From Poseidonia sp. (GTDB lineage Archaea; Thermoplasmatota; Poseidoniia; Poseidoniales; Poseidoniaceae), in the NCBI RefSeq assembly GCF_029250625.1, contig NZ_JAQXEX010000032.1: DNA of 57,930 nt; one strand, written 5' to 3'. Under the pieces are notes generated by a model that was given only the letters and a program-made list of their open reading frames with translations, did no database searches and was not told where the DNA came from. Position numbers and translations under genes: made by a program. The stretch's first letter is position 1, and each line of letters opens with the position of its first letter. Shown piece after piece: positions 17,448 through 26,079 of this stretch.

Positions 17448-18625
17448 CACCAAGCCTCCAAATCAGGGAAATAATCGAGGGCCGGCGCATTCACCCCGCA
17501 AGACGAACACTGAAGCCGACTGGACATCTTCTTCTTACATGAGGTACATGATTCTCCAATGACGACCTGTGCAGTACAACCGCTGGACAAACAAGGATGC
17601 GCCATGGAGCCGTTCTCGAGCCGATGAAGCGGAGATTTTGCCCCACATTCAGGGCATTTTGAATCGGTTTGTATTGGATGGTCAGCAGGCCCTTCCATCT
17701 CCAATGATGCATCCAGAGCCGCCTTCGTTCTGACATTGGCATCATCTCCAAGCATACGTTGAGGGTACCAAAGAACGACGAACAAAAGAGGCAATGAAGC
17801 AATCCCAGTAATGAGGTGGAGGACGAGGAACATGGTTTGAGATTCTCCCAAAGTAGCAATGTGATGAACACCTGCCCATGAAGAGATGAAGACCAGAAGG
17901 ATCCATGAAGCAAAGAGCGCAGTCCATCCGGCGAGGGAATGTTCTGCCATTTCCGCCTCCATCACCCGAACATCCTCGTGCAAGTGATGGATCTCAACAT
18001 GGAGGTCTCGGGTTTCAATGACTGCCTTCCAGAAAAAGAACACGAAGAACAGAACGACAAGGACAATCAGTGTCCCTTCCATCATGTTTGACAGTTGGGC
18101 ACCGACAGGAAACGAACCGTTATTCCTGTGAAAAAATACCTGGGCAAACACCAACCCGTTCCACATGGCCAACAGAGAGATGGCGTGGACCCTCATGACG
18201 GGAAACAAATTCCACGCTTGAAATGCAAACCAGGTCCAAAACAAAACGGAGATGAGAATCTGGAAGAACTGAAATCCATTGATGGCTAATATCCCATCGA
18301 TTCCCGTGATGGTTGCGTCTCCGCCATCAAACAATTCCGAAGATACTGAGCCGAGGATAAAGGCAACGAATCCAATCACCAGTGTGCTGTAATGTGATTT
18401 ATTCCATTCTGCTGTCAAGAGTTTGAATTGAAACATCCACTCGGTGCCCAGTTTATTCATCACTTCGGCACCAGGGACGGAATCCGGAACCGTTCGGCTC
18501 AGAGTTACATCACCCATTCGAAACGGCAAGGACATGTGCTCTCGCTCGGTTGATTCAACCGGGCTGATACCCTCGCTCATGGGCCTCGGAACATGTCGTA
18601 CCTTTGAGTTCTTTCGCCGTTTCAT
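17447..18625 (-). CDS. Polytopic membrane protein with two C-terminal zinc ribbons (hypothetical)
   Basis: About 7-8 hydrophobic helices, then KCPECG...CLSSGC and CTSCKKK...CSSCG (four Cys pairs). No family recognised. Confidence 0.6.
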   Translation of the reverse strand: MKRRKNSKVRHVPRPMSEGISPVESTEREHMSLPFRMGDVTLSRTVPDSVPGAEVMNKLGTEWMFQFKLLTAEWNKSHYSTLVIGFVAFILGSVSSELFDGGDATITGIDGILAINGFQFFQILISVLFWTWFAFQAWNLFPVMRVHAISLLAMWNGLVFAQVFFHRNNGSFPVGAQLSNMMEGTLIVLVVLFFVFFFWKAVIETRDLHVEIHHLHEDVRVMEAEMAEHSLAGWTALFASWILLVFISSWAGVHHIATLGESQTMFLVLHLITGIASLPLLFVVLWYPQRMLGDDANVRTKAALDASLEMEGPADHPIQTDSKCPECGAKSPLHRLENGSMAHPCLSSGCTAQVVIGESCTSCKKKMSSRLQCSSCGVNAPALDYFPDLEAW

Positions 18626-18691
18626 TCTCTTTCAATACCGTCTCTTTCAAGGGTGACGGTTAAACGAGGAGGGCGGTTCGCCCGAAGCATA

Positions 18692-18777
18692 GCCGAGATC
18701 GCATAGCCTGGTAGTGCGCGCGACTGGAAATCGCGTGGGCCTGTCCCTCGGGAGTTCAAATCTCTCTCTCGGCGCCA
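18692..18777 (+). tRNA. tRNA-Ser (anticodon GGA), CCA encoded
   Basis: Cloverleaf folded by hand. Acceptor GCCGAGA/TCTCGGC, D stem CGCA/TGCG, anticodon stem CGCGA/TCGCG with loop CTGGAAA, long variable arm GGGCCTGTCCC, T arm GGGAG-TTCAAAT-CTCTC, discriminator G plus CCA. A TTAAA box at 18660-18664 sits ~30 nt upstream. Confidence 0.85.
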
Positions 18778-18790
18778 CTAACACGAACGA

Positions 18791-20404
18791 GTGTTCAACG
18801 ATGACGTCAAGCGAAAGTATGTTATCCGCTGTTTTTGTCGGAGGGCTGTGGACCTCCAGTTTCTCCAAGAGCGGCGTTGGTGGATGGGGTTCATGGTTTT
18901 GGGACTTCTTCTCAATGGGCTAGCAGTACTCAACAGCGATCTCGGTCTTGATGTCCATGTCCGGCTTAATGTTGCAAACGACAACTCCAACGACGGCGAT
19001 GATTATCCTTGGGGGCCAACCCGATGGTCCGAAGGAGACATTCAATCACCCGCTCCATCGGGGGAATACGATGGTTACATCGGCCCTTGGTACTCATCTC
19101 AATTTGCAGTTGGAGTTGTTTCTCTCTTGGGAATCATTGGGTTATCGCTTCTTGCCGGGTACGTCCCATTTTGGAGAAGGGAGCCCGCTGGTGCCGTATT
19201 TAATCCGATGTGGAGTGCTCTTGTTGCATGGAGTCCATGCTTAATGTTCGCAACTGGGAGAGGTTATGACGAAGCCATTCTTGCGCTCATCCTCGGATGT
19301 TCAATCTCTTGGCTATGGTTTGTTGACGGGAGTAAAGTCCGGCACTTACGCTTAGGAATTCTTATGATGGCGACGTCGATATTGTGCGTTTTAGGTTGGA
19401 AGGGCTTTGGCCCGTTAGCGTCCCTGTTGGTTTGGATACTCGTTTTGGCAACCGGAATGCTGTGGTTAACGCTTGATGGGTATCTTTCACGGTCAAACGA
19501 TATGCCCATGACTCAGCGACCTTGGATGATGAGTTCTGCAAGTTTTGCACTGACATTGTTGGCCATCACTGCCACTGGAGCGCTAGGTTACGGCGGTACT
19601 TTTTCAGTCGTCCAGGGGAATCTCGGAACTTTTCTCTTGAGTATTATCTTTGCCTTTCTTGATGGAATCGTTCTTTTCCTCATCGTTGGCTTTTGCCTCT
19701 GGCCGTTTATCATGTCCAATCCTTCGCTTCGAAATGCTCGTGGACGAGTCGTGACGATGGTAGCCGTCTTTTGCGCCGTTTTGGCTGCAGGCATTGTCGC
19801 CTATATCGGTGCATTATGGACTCTTGAGTCCAACCTTTGGGGAATTTCTCTCGTTCAGTGCATGATGCTACTTGGAAACAACGGCAGGTATGCTACCATT
19901 CTTGTTCTTCCATTGTTGATGCTTCTTCATCTATGCCACCAATCTGAAGGGGCATCATCTGCCTCTGAACCACCACTTCAGCACGTTCCAGCAAAGCCAC
20001 TTCTTCTGACCGTTCTCCTCCTCCTGCCTTTGGTTATGTTCACTTCGTTTCACGGACAACAACTCTGGCAGGAAGATGCTGGAGGCGCCTTATCAGATGC
20101 ATTGGACGTTGAGAACCCAACGGTTCTCCTCATCGCTGACAATTCACTGGCCATGCATTCGCTGTATGTCTTGAAAACCGAAGCAGACCTCTCCGGAGAC
20201 CTCAATTTAAGCGGCTATTGGCGAACGCCGGACGATGCTCTGTCATTTTTGAATTCGACATCGGTTGATGCAGTCATCATCGCACCGGGGGCTGACTTTG
20301 ATTTGGACGATGATTTGTGGGTGCAGGAAACGGCTGAAGCATCTCCCTTCACACTGTCATCGTGGTCTACTTCGGACAAGTGGGTCCTTTACCTGCCATC
20401 ATAG
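18791..20404 (+). CDS. Polytopic integral membrane protein with C-terminal soluble domain (hypothetical; GT-C-like glycosyltransferase possible)
   Basis: More than 10 hydrophobic helices and a ~120-aa acidic C-terminal domain. The track start is a GTG 14 nt after tRNA-Ser. The ATG at 18884 (MGFMVLGLLLNG) is an alternative. No WWDYG motif, so it is not AglB. Confidence 0.55.
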   Translation: MFNDDVKRKYVIRCFCRRAVDLQFLQERRWWMGFMVLGLLLNGLAVLNSDLGLDVHVRLNVANDNSNDGDDYPWGPTRWSEGDIQSPAPSGEYDGYIGPWYSSQFAVGVVSLLGIIGLSLLAGYVPFWRREPAGAVFNPMWSALVAWSPCLMFATGRGYDEAILALILGCSISWLWFVDGSKVRHLRLGILMMATSILCVLGWKGFGPLASLLVWILVLATGMLWLTLDGYLSRSNDMPMTQRPWMMSSASFALTLLAITATGALGYGGTFSVVQGNLGTFLLSIIFAFLDGIVLFLIVGFCLWPFIMSNPSLRNARGRVVTMVAVFCAVLAAGIVAYIGALWTLESNLWGISLVQCMMLLGNNGRYATILVLPLLMLLHLCHQSEGASSASEPPLQHVPAKPLLLTVLLLLPLVMFTSFHGQQLWQEDAGGALSDALDVENPTVLLIADNSLAMHSLYVLKTEADLSGDLNLSGYWRTPDDALSFLNSTSVDAVIIAPGADFDLDDDLWVQETAEASPFTLSSWSTSDKWVLYLPS

Positions 20405-20428
20405 AATGATACCGAATGTCGCGAAGCG

Positions 20429-20436
20429 ATTATATC
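20429..20436 (+). promoter_or_regulatory. Putative TATA box (ATTATATC) for tRNA-Thr
   Basis: A/T box ending 25 nt upstream of the mature tRNA 5' end at 20462, the canonical archaeal TATA-to-TSS distance. Confidence 0.45.
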
Positions 20437-20461
20437 CATTTGGCCGGTCGCTCGGTTCACT

Positions 20462-20536
20462 GCCACCGTGGCTAAGGGGTATAGCACCTCATTGGTAATG
20501 AGGAGGTCGCGAGTTCAAATCTCGCCGGTGGCTCCA
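20462..20536 (+). tRNA. tRNA-Thr (anticodon GGT), CCA encoded
   Basis: 75 nt. Acceptor GCCACCG/CGGTGGC, D arm GCTA-AGGGGTA-TAGC, anticodon stem CCTCA/TGAGG with loop TTGGTAA, variable AGGTC, T arm GCGAG-TTCAAAT-CTCGC, discriminator T plus CCA. Confidence 0.88.
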
Positions 20537-20580
20537 ATGTTCTTCTGTTCCCTGCAACAGACACGGTCTGAAAAGTACCA

Positions 20581-20586
20581 TTTTTT
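20581..20586 (+). terminator. Oligo-T tract (T6) downstream of tRNA-Thr
   Basis: TTTTTTCTTATGTTTT begins 45 nt after the tRNA 3' end. Archaeal RNAP terminates at oligo-T runs. Confidence 0.35.
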
Positions 20587-20658
20587 CTTATGTTTTACCT
20601 CAATGTATAAGAGGTGATTTTTGAAACATCGGCATGAGAAGGCAACTTCTCATATGGG

Positions 20659-20850
20659 ATGCACATGGAGCGTACGCAGGAGACAGCCAAAGAAATGAAC
20701 CAAAGAGTTCGTGACTTGCAAGATCAAGTCGATGAATTGAAAGAACTCGTAAACACACTACTCAGCGTGATCGTTGAGGAACCCGATGGGGTCCACACCG
20801 GTGATGCACCGACGCTACCTGGGCAAGGTATGGCTCAGGTCTGTATGTGA
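20659..20850 (+). CDS. Small hypothetical coiled-coil protein (63 aa); uncertain
   Basis: ORF with heptad-like QRVRDLQDQVDELKELVNTLLSVI. It fills an otherwise empty 314-nt gap. A TATAA box at 20606-20610 is ~50 nt upstream, and there is no SD. Its stop abuts the rtcB stop. Confidence 0.3.
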   Translation: MHMERTQETAKEMNQRVRDLQDQVDELKELVNTLLSVIVEEPDGVHTGDAPTLPGQGMAQVCM

Positions 20851-22455
20851 TCATCCTTTGATGACCGCTAACGGATTCAACCGAACCACAGGCCGAGCAA
20901 GGCCTGCTTCGCTTGTAAGACGAATGACTTCATCTACGTCTTTGTAAGCTCCAGGGGCTTCTTCTGAAAGTACATTTGGTGTTGAGGCATGGACTCTGAT
21001 TCCTCTTGATTCGAGCTCTTTCTTCAAGGCTTTTCCGTCGATTGACTTTTTGGCTGCTGCCCTGGAAAGCGCTCTGCCTGCACCGTGGCATGATGAACCG
21101 AAGGCCTGGTTTTGACCCTTCATCGGACCCGCTAACATCCAAGACCCTGTCCCCATGTCGCCTGGGACGATGACAGGTTGGCCCGTTTTGGAAAACCGTG
21201 GACTTACATCGTCATGTGATGCGGAGAACGCTCGTGTAGCCCCTTTTCTGTGGACGCAACATGAACATGAAGTTCCGTGGATTTGGTGAGTTTCCATTTT
21301 CGCAATGTTGTGTGCGACATCGTACAGTGTTCTTGCTTCGCCAAAATCTCCCATTTCCAATTCAAGAACCGTTCGTAATCGGGAGGCCAGTACCGCACGA
21401 TTCGCAAAAGCAAAATTTGCGGCTGCGTTCATCGAATCAAGGTATGATTGTCCTTCTACAGAGTGGATCGGCGCAGAAGCGAGTTGTCGGTCTGGAAGGG
21501 AAAAATCCCATTCTTCATTTGTCCACATGCCTTCAGTCAATTTGTATTTGCTTTCCAATAGACGAACATGGTCAGTGCAGACTTGGTGGCCGAGTCCTCG
21601 ACTCCCAGAATGAATCATGGCGACGATTTGGTCATCGTACAACCCCCATTCTTTTGCGGTCTGTTCATCAACCACAGAACCCACGGTTTGGAGTTCAAGA
21701 AAATGATTTCCACTCCCGAGGGTCCCCAGCGATTTCATTCCACGTTCAAGAGCCCGTTGGGACACTTCAGCGTTGACCGTTTCTAACATACCACCCGATT
21801 CCAAGGCAGCCAAGTCATCATCATGTCCGTATCCCAAATCCAGTGCGGCTTCTGCACCCCCTTGAAGCAACTCTTTGAGTTGACTCTTGGTGATGTCTAC
21901 GCCTCCTTTTCCAGAACCTCCCGCAGGTATTCGCCCGGCCAATCTTCCGGCCAATTTCTTGAGGTTAGGAATGTCGCTTGCTGTGGCATCTAGGGCGAGG
22001 AAGCGTACACCGCAATTGATGTCAAATCCTACGCCACCAGGGGATATTGCTCCGCCCAACTCGCCAGCGTTTTCATCCGTTGCAACAACACCGCCAATCG
22101 GGAATCCGTATCCGTAATGCCAGTCAGCCATAGCCCAAGCTTCACCGACAATTCCCGGCATTGAGGCGATGTTCACCAACTGTTCAGGCCCTCGGTCGTC
22201 TTGATGTGTCTTCATGTGGTTTGCATCAGCAACGATGCGAGCATCGGTGAGCATTGACCCATGTGCCTTGATTCGCATGGTGCCCTGGCCCTCATCAACC
22301 AGATGCTCTCGCCATGACTCACCCATAGTCGGGACCTTACACCCGTTGGTTTTGAGACTTTTCACAAAGAGGGGTCTTGCCGAAATGGATAGCATAGCCT
22401 TGAAGGGGGAAGTCGTTTTGGACGAAGCGTTCACACTTGAACGGTGATTACACAT
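20851..22455 (-). CDS. rtcB: RNA-splicing ligase RtcB (3'-phosphate/5'-hydroxy RNA ligase)
   Basis: HYGYGFPIGGV, GGVGFDINCGVR, GSGNHFLE, HSGSRGLGHQV, VHRKGATRA and SSCHGAGR. The start is ambiguous. The ATG at 22455 has GGAGGAAG 4 nt upstream but overlaps the alaS start. Internal ATGs at 22395 and 22326 would give a normal-length N-terminus. Confidence 0.88.
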   Translation of the reverse strand: MCNHRSSVNASSKTTSPFKAMLSISARPLFVKSLKTNGCKVPTMGESWREHLVDEGQGTMRIKAHGSMLTDARIVADANHMKTHQDDRGPEQLVNIASMPGIVGEAWAMADWHYGYGFPIGGVVATDENAGELGGAISPGGVGFDINCGVRFLALDATASDIPNLKKLAGRLAGRIPAGGSGKGGVDITKSQLKELLQGGAEAALDLGYGHDDDLAALESGGMLETVNAEVSQRALERGMKSLGTLGSGNHFLELQTVGSVVDEQTAKEWGLYDDQIVAMIHSGSRGLGHQVCTDHVRLLESKYKLTEGMWTNEEWDFSLPDRQLASAPIHSVEGQSYLDSMNAAANFAFANRAVLASRLRTVLELEMGDFGEARTLYDVAHNIAKMETHQIHGTSCSCCVHRKGATRAFSASHDDVSPRFSKTGQPVIVPGDMGTGSWMLAGPMKGQNQAFGSSCHGAGRALSRAAAKKSIDGKALKKELESRGIRVHASTPNVLSEEAPGAYKDVDEVIRLTSEAGLARPVVRLNPLAVIKG

Positions 22456-25303
22456 GGCGCTTCCTCCAATTGATTTGGCTGTATTTCACGAAAACGGCTA
22501 TGTCCGAAGACAATGCCGTGTGACCTCGTTGTGGTTCTGGACTACGGACCCCAAGCGAGACACATGTGGAGATACCTCCGAAGATGAATATTCCTTCATT
22601 GGAGCACCACTCATCGCGGGATATGAACAACGTGGTAAAGCACTCAAAGACGCTATGCGGGAAGCATTTTTGTCCTTCTTTGAAGCATCCACACACACAC
22701 GTATTCAGCCTTATCCTGTACTTGCACGTTGGCGGGATGACATTCACTTGACGATTGCATCGATTGCAGATTTCCAACCTCACGTGACGTCGGGAGATGT
22801 CCGGCCCCCGGCCAATCCTCTGACCATTTCCCAACCTTGCATCCGACTGACCGATGTTGATGCTGTGGGGAGGTCAGGACGCCATTTGACGACGTTTGAA
22901 ATGATGGCTCATCACGTCTTTAATCGGGCGGATGAGGGCGAGTTCCTGTACTGGATGGAGGAATGCGTCCAGTACTGCCACGAGATGCTCACGGTTACTT
23001 TCGGAATTGATTCTGGAGAAATCACCTATGTTGAGAACCCTTGGTGCGGGGGCGGGAACGCAGGCGCTGCCGTTGAAGTGATCGTTGGAGGTCTAGAACT
23101 CGCTACGCTTGTCTTCATGGACATGGAGGAGCATCCTGAAGGTGATGTGGAACTCAAGGGTGACCGCTACCGAACAATGCCGCTGCAAATTATTGACACC
23201 GGGTACGGACTTGAACGGTTCTGTTGGGCCGCTGCCGGAACACCTACGATTTACGAAGCAATTTATCCCGAAACTGTGGGATGGTTGAAGGAACTTGCTG
23301 GGTTTGATGACGTCACCCAACAGTGGCCATCACTGGACCTTGATCGATTGCTTGGTGAAATGAGTCGCTTGAACGGAATCATGAACATTGAAGCAGGAGT
23401 TGATGGTGACGAACTTGTTCAAATTTTCCTTTCGAGACTGGCGGAACGAGGTGTTGAGGTTTCTGCGGAACAATTCTCAGCCGTGACTGAACCTCTCGCC
23501 AACATCTACGCTATCCCAGACCATCTTCACGCCCTTTGCAATATGCTGGGTGATGGACTCGTCCCATCCAACGCTAAGGCAGGATACCTTGCTCGGATGT
23601 TGGCTCGCAGAGTATTGCGTATGAGGGATGAGTTGTCCGTTGATGTCTCGCTTTCAGACCTCGCAGAACATCACCTTGACGTCAATCTTGGAAACCACCT
23701 CAATAAGCAAACTCGAGAAGGATTGTTAACCATTCTTGGACTTGAAGAGGAACGGTATGAAGAGATGTTGAGAAAGGGCAAGAATGTCATCGCTACTCAA
23801 CTCAAAGGTGTCAAAAAGGACGCTACTTCCATCCCCGATAAGTCGTTGTTCACCATGAACGACTCCCATGGTCTGGCACCGGATATGGCCATCGCCCTCG
23901 CTCGGGATGCTGGGTGGACTGAAGTACAACTGCGGACAGGTTTCTCTGCAGAAATGGCGGAACGGCATGCTAAGTTGGCGAAAGAAGCAGCAAAAACTGA
24001 TGTTGACCAAGGCTCGGTGTTCCCGGTAGAAGAATTCAAGGCGACACAGCCGTTGTATTATGACGATGTTTCGATGAAGGCTTTTGATTCAGAAGTCCTT
24101 GGAACGGTCCCTCTTTCAAAGGATCAAGGTCCGAAGGACGCCTCACATGCTGTCATTCTTGCCTCCTCTGCGTTCTACCCGGAAGGCGGAGGCCAAGAGG
24201 GTGATTACGGACACCTTGTTCAAGGAGAGAATACAGTTCATGTTCTTGACACACAGAAAGTTGGAAACGTCATTCTACACATGTGCAGCGGGGCTCTAGT
24301 GGCCGGCCAATCCGTTACGGGTCATCTGGATTGGAAAAGAAGGAAGCAGCTCATGGACCATCATACGGCAGTCCATATCGTCGGAGGTGCAGCCCGACGA
24401 ATCTTAGGGCCACACGTCTATCAAGCAGGAGCCAACAAATCTGTTGAAAGTGGACGACTGGATATTACTCACTTTAACCGACTCAGCCGGGCTGATTTGG
24501 ACGCGATTGAAGCCTTAGCAAATTCAGTTCTTGGGGACGTTTCTCGGACTGAAAAGACGGAACTCAACCGCAAAGACGCAGACGAACTTCATGGCTTTGA
24601 CCTCTATCAAGGAGGTGCTCCAAAGGGCAATTCCATTCGTGTACTCAAAATTGCAGACCACGATATCCAAGCCTGTGGAGGAACCCACCATGATGAGCCA
24701 GGACAAATCGGCTCCATCCGAGTCGTCCGCTCCAATGCTGTTCAAGATGGTGTGGAACGACTTCACATTGTTGCAGGAGAGGCAGCGCTTCATTATGCCC
24801 GTGAACAAGACGAACTCCTTCGGGCCTCAAGTGAAATCTTTGGCGTGCCTTCCGGTGACCTTCCCAAGGCAGCGGAACGGTTTTTCTCCGAATGGAAAGA
24901 GCAACGTAAAACCATTGAACAATTGGAAGCAGAAATCGTTCGTCTTCGGACCTCCGGCGGCGGAAGTGATTCAACCGAGGTTGATGGCGTGCGAATCGTC
25001 ATTATGGAAGTGGACGGAGATCTGAAGACCATGACGAAGATGCTCAAGGAATTAACCTTGGACAAGAACCTTCCAACCCTTGCAGTCTTGGGTTCTCGTG
25101 ATGGAGGTGGCAAATTGATGATTGCTGTCACCGACGATACCGAAGCAAGTGAACGCTACAATGCAGTCACCTTGCTCCGTTCTATTTCACACCACATCAA
25201 GGGAGGTGGCGGCGGTCGTCCAACACTTGCCCAAGGTGGGGGGTCGAATCCAGATGGACTCGACGATGCCTTGGCTGCGGCAAAAGCCGAAGTCGGCCTT
25301 TGA
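22454..25303 (+). CDS. alaS: Alanyl-tRNA synthetase, archaeal type
   Basis: FHENGYVRRQC, YSFIGAP, ARWRDDIHLTIASIADFQPHVTSG, PPANPLTISQPCIRL, GRHLTTFEMMAHHVF, the editing-domain HTAVHIV motif, and a C-terminal DHHA1-like GGGGGRPTLAQGG. The start is fixed: an in-frame TGA lies 9 nt upstream, and SD GGTGA (22443-22447) lies 6 nt upstream. Confidence 0.93.
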   Translation: MALPPIDLAVFHENGYVRRQCRVTSLWFWTTDPKRDTCGDTSEDEYSFIGAPLIAGYEQRGKALKDAMREAFLSFFEASTHTRIQPYPVLARWRDDIHLTIASIADFQPHVTSGDVRPPANPLTISQPCIRLTDVDAVGRSGRHLTTFEMMAHHVFNRADEGEFLYWMEECVQYCHEMLTVTFGIDSGEITYVENPWCGGGNAGAAVEVIVGGLELATLVFMDMEEHPEGDVELKGDRYRTMPLQIIDTGYGLERFCWAAAGTPTIYEAIYPETVGWLKELAGFDDVTQQWPSLDLDRLLGEMSRLNGIMNIEAGVDGDELVQIFLSRLAERGVEVSAEQFSAVTEPLANIYAIPDHLHALCNMLGDGLVPSNAKAGYLARMLARRVLRMRDELSVDVSLSDLAEHHLDVNLGNHLNKQTREGLLTILGLEEERYEEMLRKGKNVIATQLKGVKKDATSIPDKSLFTMNDSHGLAPDMAIALARDAGWTEVQLRTGFSAEMAERHAKLAKEAAKTDVDQGSVFPVEEFKATQPLYYDDVSMKAFDSEVLGTVPLSKDQGPKDASHAVILASSAFYPEGGGQEGDYGHLVQGENTVHVLDTQKVGNVILHMCSGALVAGQSVTGHLDWKRRKQLMDHHTAVHIVGGAARRILGPHVYQAGANKSVESGRLDITHFNRLSRADLDAIEALANSVLGDVSRTEKTELNRKDADELHGFDLYQGGAPKGNSIRVLKIADHDIQACGGTHHDEPGQIGSIRVVRSNAVQDGVERLHIVAGEAALHYAREQDELLRASSEIFGVPSGDLPKAAERFFSEWKEQRKTIEQLEAEIVRLRTSGGGSDSTEVDGVRIVIMEVDGDLKTMTKMLKELTLDKNLPTLAVLGSRDGGGKLMIAVTDDTEASERYNAVTLLRSISHHIKGGGGGRPTLAQGGGSNPDGLDDALAAAKAEVGL

Positions 25304-25305
25304 GC

Positions 25306-26076
25306 TCATTCGTTCAAGATACTGCGAAGCGCTTGCTTGTCGAAATAAGATACGGCTTGTGCGTAGGCATCTCTTGGAGAAAACCACTGCGCCTCAGAAA
25401 TCTCTTCTGTTTGCAGGTTTAAATCAGAGAGTTCTCCGTTCCATGTTGATTTGTAGGTGAACGATACAAACGAAATTCCTTCATCGTTGAAAATATTCTG
25501 AGTTACGACAGGTTCCGTGGGTTCGAGAATTATTTCGAGGCCAAGTTCCTCCAATGTTTCACGAACGCATCCGATGGCTGGGTGTTCGTCATGGTCCATG
25601 TACCCACCAGGCAACGTCCAAAATCCATGGAAATGTCCTCGCTCTACTTTGGCCATCAAGACATCTCCTTTTGAGTTTTGAACCATTACTTTGGAGACGA
25701 GCCGATGCAATGAGCGATAAATTGCTTCTCTAGCGACGGGATGAACGCCATTATCAGCAATGCAATTGTCTTTCCATGCCCAATTCTTGGGCCATTCAAT
25801 TTTGGGATAGCCCTTGAGTACCTCAAATGACTGGTCCTCAAAACGTAATACCGTGGTCCCCTTATGCTCGATGAGAATACCCAGTGATTCTACTTCAGCG
25901 ACCGTTGGAAAACGAAGCATCTTACCTTCTCCAATACGACCTTGAACGGGCTTCAACGGTCCATTTCCATCCTCGTCAACAAGAAGCACCTTGCCGTCAT
26001 GCTCGAGATGAATGACTTGATTCGGGTGCATATCTAGGCCAACCCTTCTGTGGTCATGAATGCTCGTATGAGCCAA
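25306..26076 (-). CDS. NUDIX hydrolase with ~120-aa N-terminal extension
   Basis: Nudix box GGYMDHDEHPAIGCVRETLEELGLE (G-x5-E-x7-REUxEExGU) in the C-terminal half. 3 nt downstream of rmuC on the same strand. Confidence 0.75.
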   Translation of the reverse strand: MAHTSIHDHRRVGLDMHPNQVIHLEHDGKVLLVDEDGNGPLKPVQGRIGEGKMLRFPTVAEVESLGILIEHKGTTVLRFEDQSFEVLKGYPKIEWPKNWAWKDNCIADNGVHPVAREAIYRSLHRLVSKVMVQNSKGDVLMAKVERGHFHGFWTLPGGYMDHDEHPAIGCVRETLEELGLEIILEPTEPVVTQNIFNDEGISFVSFTYKSTWNGELSDLNLQTEEISEAQWFSPRDAYAQAVSYFDKQALRSILNE

Positions 26077-26079
26077 TGC

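Noticed and set aside
18647-18868. Track ORFs overlapping the tRNA genes (18647..18868(-), 18714..18923(+), 20265..20498(+))
   Set aside because: They overlap hand-folded canonical tRNAs or the 3' end of the membrane-protein gene, and have no motifs.
18791-20404. Calling the 537-aa membrane protein the oligosaccharyltransferase AglB, given the sequon-rich surface proteins nearby
   Set aside because: No WWDYG or DK/MI motifs, and it is shorter than typical AglB. At most it is a generic GT-C-like candidate.
18692-20536. tRNA-Ser and tRNA-Thr as possible integration sites for a mobile element or genomic island
   Set aside because: I found no integrase, transposase or phage-like gene and no direct repeat of the tRNA 3' end nearby. 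The gene between them is an ordinary polytopic membrane protein.
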